This document shows, piece by piece, positions 60,397 through 64,000 of a stretch of 64,000 bases of DNA. Location: the IMG/VR virus record IMGVR_UViG_3300029319_009044, positions 1-64,000 of that record; one strand, 5' to 3'. Numbering within the stretch: position 1 is the first letter of the stretch; the number at the start of each line of letters is the position of its first letter. The stretch comes from a virus. The position numbers and the translations under genes were made by a program. The notes under the pieces are model-generated. The model was given only the letters and a program-made list of their open reading frames with translations. It had not been told where the DNA came from and searched no databases.

Positions 60397-60831
60397 ATGA
60401 CTAAATTTGAGAGACGTTTTTTTAGAAATCTACATGAGCAAAATGACGAAAGAGAAGCATTTGAAGCTGAATTAGATGATAATACCGATCCTGGTGATTT
60501 TGATGTAGATACACAGGTTGATGATACAGTAGTAGATGAAGATCCTAGTGTAAAAGCTGCTCAAGCAGTTAATGAACGTAATGAAGCTATGAAAGAAGAG
60601 CTTAGAGGTTGGATTGGTAAGATGGAAGAATTTTTAGACTATCTTAATGGAGAAGAAGCTGGTTCAATACAACAGCAATTAGCTAATGCAGAACCAGATA
60701 CTATTTTTGATAGAATGAAAGCTTCTGAGCAAAGAAAATTAGCTCGGGTAGCTACTGAACTTGCAGGCGTTACTGAATCATTTAAAGGATATTTAGCACA
60801 GACAGGTAATTCTCAGTTTAAGTATGTTTAA
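60397..60831 (+). CDS. acidic hypothetical late protein (possible head-associated)
   Basis: TAAATA-N5-ATG; N-terminal KFE..F...L.E. Confidence 0.6.
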   Translation: MTKFERRFFRNLHEQNDEREAFEAELDDNTDPGDFDVDTQVDDTVVDEDPSVKAAQAVNERNEAMKEELRGWIGKMEEFLDYLNGEEAGSIQQQLANAEPDTIFDRMKASEQRKLARVATELAGVTESFKGYLAQTGNSQFKYV

Positions 60832-61876
60832 TTAGATTTCTATACTTTTTAATTTCTGATAACTTAACAATACCTTCGAGTCCTTCGAAGGTATTTTTTT
60901 CTATAAACTGCCATCTTATTTCATCTATTTGAGTTGCCATAGCAATATCATTAAAGTCTTTAAATCTCTTTCCAAACTTTTCAGGCCATATAAATACTTT
61001 CTCTTTTTGTTTAAGTAAAGCCTCAGATTTTACTAATGAAGCTTGATCAACCCACTGAGAATCAAGTATCCACACCTTATCATACCATTTCAAAGAGTTT
61101 AGCTGCTGCTCTTGTCTTTGAGTAAAAGATCTACCGCGTTCAGTAATACCTGCTACTGCTATAGAATTTTTAGTAAAGAAAGCATTTAAAGGCCCTTCAA
61201 AAATATAAACTTTATCATGATCATTAGATACCTTATCAATATTAAACAAAGTTTTTTCTGCTTGTACTTTACCTAAATACTTAGGTTTAGTTTTATTATC
61301 TTTATTTAAAACTGTACGAGTTTGATAAAACTCTATTTCTCCAACTTCATTAATAAAGGGTATAACTAATCGATTTTTATGAACTTTATCAACTAATGAA
61401 ACATATAAATTAGTAGGTCGATTTACAGCAGTATCTAATCTACGTTCTTTAATAAGATATCTAACAGCTGTAACAACATTATTGCTATTATAATAGTCAA
61501 GTTGAAACTCATCAGACAAATTAATACTATCTTTAGGTAAGGTTTCGACCTGAATAGGCTTTTGTAATCCCTCTTTACTTTCAAGTATATCTTTTGTATC
61601 AGGAACATATTCTTTAAGTTCGTTAATTATATCAGTATCAGAGCTTTTAGATACTTCTTTTATCCATCGTAAAGGTTTACCTGACCAGCCACAGTTATGA
61701 CAAAATATATTTTCATTTTTAGGAATATAATAACATCTTCTTTTCTTTCCTAATGATTTTCCCTCTCTACATATAGGGCAACTACACTGATATACATTAT
61801 TAAATTTATTATACTTAGGGTAATATCCCAGTTCAAAGAATTTAAGTATAACAAAATCTTCAGGAAGTGATATCAT
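60818..61876 (-). CDS. gp61: DNA primase (T4 gp61-like)
   Basis: CPIC...FCHNCG zinc finger, RLVIPF, Q.R, PKY, FEGP, WP...KDFND. Confidence 0.88.
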   Translation of the reverse strand: MISLPEDFVILKFFELGYYPKYNKFNNVYQCSCPICREGKSLGKKRRCYYIPKNENIFCHNCGWSGKPLRWIKEVSKSSDTDIINELKEYVPDTKDILESKEGLQKPIQVETLPKDSINLSDEFQLDYYNSNNVVTAVRYLIKERRLDTAVNRPTNLYVSLVDKVHKNRLVIPFINEVGEIEFYQTRTVLNKDNKTKPKYLGKVQAEKTLFNIDKVSNDHDKVYIFEGPLNAFFTKNSIAVAGITERGRSFTQRQEQQLNSLKWYDKVWILDSQWVDQASLVKSEALLKQKEKVFIWPEKFGKRFKDFNDIAMATQIDEIRWQFIEKNTFEGLEGIVKLSEIKKYRNLIKHT

Positions 61877-62744
61877 TTAATTTATTATAAAGACTTTCCA
61901 TAAAAAATAAATTATACCAGTTTTCTTTTTTAGATAATATTCTTTCAAAAGAATGTTCTTTGCAAAACTTTAAAAAGGTCTTATAACAAGACTTTATTTT
62001 TACTTCAAGTTGCTCTCTATAGTACTCCTTTTCTTCCGGAATAGTTTCGTATTTATCTAAACAAAATATATCTGCGTTTCGTTTAAATATTTTTTGCTGA
62101 GATTCATTTAAAATAAATCCTGGATCGTTTAGGTATTTTTTTACTGAAGCTTGACCAAATCTTGGTATGCCTGGTACGTTATCAGATTTATCACCTGTTA
62201 AACACTTAGCTATATACCACTCATCAACATCCTTATAACCAGTTTCCTTTTCAAAACAATTTATGTCAAAATACTTTTTTCTTATAGGGTCATATAAAGT
62301 ACATTCTTCACTAACTAATTGTAAAAAGTCCCTATCTACTGATACTATAATCTTTTCACCTTGTTTTTCTCTACAAATATATGCTACTACATCATCTGCT
62401 TCAAGTTGACAAGGAAAAATAGAATTAATACCCATTGATCTAAGAATAGATTTAATAACTTCATTATTTTGATGAGGTGAGGTATCTTTAGACCTATTAC
62501 CTTTATAGCTTTCTAAAACATCCTTACGAATATTCTTTTTATAGATAGGCTTTTCATCCCATACAAAAATAGTATTATCCGGAACAAATAGCTTCACGTA
62601 GGAGCTTACCGCATTAAGCGTAAAGTAAATATGAAAGTTATTAACCTTTTCTTGAGAATGAGTTTCGGTTTTTTTAGACTGATTCTTTGCTGTATAATAT
62701 GTTCGGTGTATTAAATTGTTGCCGTCTATTATCAGAGTTTTCAT
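61860..62744 (-). CDS. rnh: RNase H / 5'-3' exonuclease (T4 rnh-like, FEN family)
   Basis: IIDGNNL, YKGNR, EADD, SVDRDFLQL, GDKSDNVPGI. Confidence 0.88.
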   Translation of the reverse strand: MKTLIIDGNNLIHRTYYTAKNQSKKTETHSQEKVNNFHIYFTLNAVSSYVKLFVPDNTIFVWDEKPIYKKNIRKDVLESYKGNRSKDTSPHQNNEVIKSILRSMGINSIFPCQLEADDVVAYICREKQGEKIIVSVDRDFLQLVSEECTLYDPIRKKYFDINCFEKETGYKDVDEWYIAKCLTGDKSDNVPGIPRFGQASVKKYLNDPGFILNESQQKIFKRNADIFCLDKYETIPEEKEYYREQLEVKIKSCYKTFLKFCKEHSFERILSKKENWYNLFFMESLYNKLNDITS

Positions 62745-62979
62745 TTTTATTATATTGAGACTCTACTACCTCATATACATCATTAGGAAGTTCTTCTACT
62801 AATTTAATTATATCATTGTTCCTTCCGGAATCAAATGCTTCTAATGGTACTATTACATTATCCATTTTAGGTATAGAAAGACAACCTATAAAATCGTTTT
62901 GTATATCAACAACAGCAAACATTTGACCAACATAGTCACCAGTTTGTACAGCATATATTTGTTGCTTAGAGTATTTCAT
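62674..62979 (-). CDS. hypothetical protein
   Basis: ORF in the minus-strand run; 71-nt overlap with rnh. Confidence 0.55.
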   Translation of the reverse strand: MKYSKQQIYAVQTGDYVGQMFAVVDIQNDFIGCLSIPKMDNVIVPLEAFDSGRNNDIIKLVEELPNDVYEVVESQYNKNENSDNRRQQFNTPNILYSKESV

Positions 62980-63286
62980 CTGGACCAGGAGGATTTAATC
63001 CTTTAATAGTTTGTATTTCAGAAGCGAAATATTTCATTAAAAAGGAATTTAGAGCTTCTTTTTGTTGCGGTGTAGCTGCAGCTTTAATATCTATATGTTT
63101 ACCGGTAAAATCATAACCTAATAAAATATAACTATCTAAATATTCACTTAATATACTTGCGAGTCTATTTGCTAAGTCTTGACGTTTTTTAAATTTTTTT
63201 TTCTCTTTAAGGTTATCTTTAAGAGCGCGTTCGACCATCTCTCTTAATTCTTCATCTTCATGAGAGCTATGATCTTGATCTTCCAT
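62966..63286 (-). CDS. hypothetical protein
   Basis: TAAATA-N5-ATG. Confidence 0.6.
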   Translation of the reverse strand: MEDQDHSSHEDEELREMVERALKDNLKEKKKFKKRQDLANRLASILSEYLDSYILLGYDFTGKHIDIKAAATPQQKEALNSFLMKYFASEIQTIKGLNPPGPDEIL

Positions 63287-63290
63287 ATGT

Positions 63291-63626
63291 TTATTTATTC
63301 AAAAAATTATTTTCATTCTTTTGTCTAACACCACTCTTAAGTAATTTTTGTACTACTACTTCAATAGAGTCAGTTTTTAAGCTAAAACTATTTTTGAACA
63401 TTTGATTACCGTCGTTAAATTGAAATAAATACTCACCTTTGAATGGGGTGTTTTCAAAACAAGTTACATATACAGATGCTCCAGAAGGGTCGATTAACAC
63501 TGTCCATTTACGAGGGTCGCTTTCACTATACTTATCAAAAATTCTTAAAGTAACAAAATCATTATCTTTAAGTCTTTTAATAAAATAACCGGGAGTTTTT
63601 AATTTATTCTTTTTTTGATTAATCAT
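63291..63626 (-). CDS. hypothetical protein
   Basis: TAATG coupling with the upstream gene. Confidence 0.6.
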   Translation of the reverse strand: MINQKKNKLKTPGYFIKRLKDNDFVTLRIFDKYSESDPRKWTVLIDPSGASVYVTCFENTPFKGEYLFQFNDGNQMFKNSFSLKTDSIEVVVQKLLKSGVRQKNENNFLNK

Positions 63627-64000
63627 TACTGTGTTAAAGCTGAAATTATGTATCTTAATTTAATATCGTTTTCTTCAATATCAAATACTACTACACCATA
63701 TTCAGTATTAATTTTTACTCTAATATTATCATTTAGCAAAGATAGTAATCTAATATTGTCTAAGTTAATTGCGATAGGTTCTAAGCTAAAATTTACTTTA
63801 CCAAGACTTAAGGTAAAATTATCAGTATTATGACGAGCTCTATCAGTAAGTTCCGCCATTAAACTACCTTCTTCAGTATAAAAATATATCTTATTAGTTT
63901 CACTAGCAAACGTACTACCTTTAAAGAGTCTTTGAATAGTAGCTTTATTTAAATTAAAATTAGTATCGAATTTGAAACTATTAATTTTATCTATATTAAT
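63626..64000 (-). CDS. probable sliding clamp (gp45/PCNA-like), C-terminal part; begins beyond the window
   Basis: Frame is open upstream of the 63859 ATG to the window end (INIDKINSFKFDTNFNLNKATIQRLFKGSTFASE...); clamp-like end G...F......LRYIISAL; replication context. Confidence 0.55.
   Translation of the reverse strand: MNIDKINSFKFDTNFNLNKATIQRLFKGSTFASETNKIYFYTEEGSLMAELTDRARHNTDNFTLSLGKVNFSLEPIAINLDNIRLLSLLNDNIRVKINTEYGVVVFDIEENDIKLRYIISALTQ

Noticed and set aside
1084-63833. Short ORFs antisense or out of frame within long genes (e.g. 1084, 3730, 12414, 17649, 26069, 48776, 56872, 57997, 58736, 63615)
   Set aside because: They are shadows of well-supported genes, with no promoter motif and biased compositions mirrored from the real strand
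1-64000. tRNA, rRNA, intron, intein or integrase
   Set aside because: No intergenic space or cloverleaf seen; TerL, gp44 and primase are normal length; no recombinase motifs recognised

Overview
A 64-kb, AT-rich, very densely coded segment of a large T4-like myovirus genome, probably from an uncultured aquatic phage; the host cannot be determined from this window. It holds the terminase large subunit, neck, tail sheath and tube, baseplate hub and wedge genes, a block of large non-T4 baseplate or fibre proteins, and several tail fibre or adhesin genes. Replication genes (clamp loader, dUTPase, primase, RNase H/5'-3' exonuclease, partial sliding clamp) and auxiliary metabolic genes (GMP reductase, Mn-SOD, RmlB, an NRS/ER-type epimerase-reductase, a TagD-like cytidylyltransferase and a GT9-like glycosyltransferase) are interleaved, mostly on the opposite strand. 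The strongest lead is a candidate virion-protein glycosylation system. An NDP-sugar operon and the glycosyltransferase sit between or beside two fibre genes that share a C-terminal module. The adhesin next to the transferase carries about 45 Cys at variable repeat positions, and many predicted outer virion proteins are strongly enriched in an [LIV]-S-[AGS] motif. Transcription also looks unusual. Most genes appear leaderless and have their own promoter, in three classes: TAAATA late, TTGA sigma70-like, and an unfamiliar GGAACT-N4-TATAAT class. All functional calls come from recognising motifs by eye, and all counts are hand counts; no database search was run.
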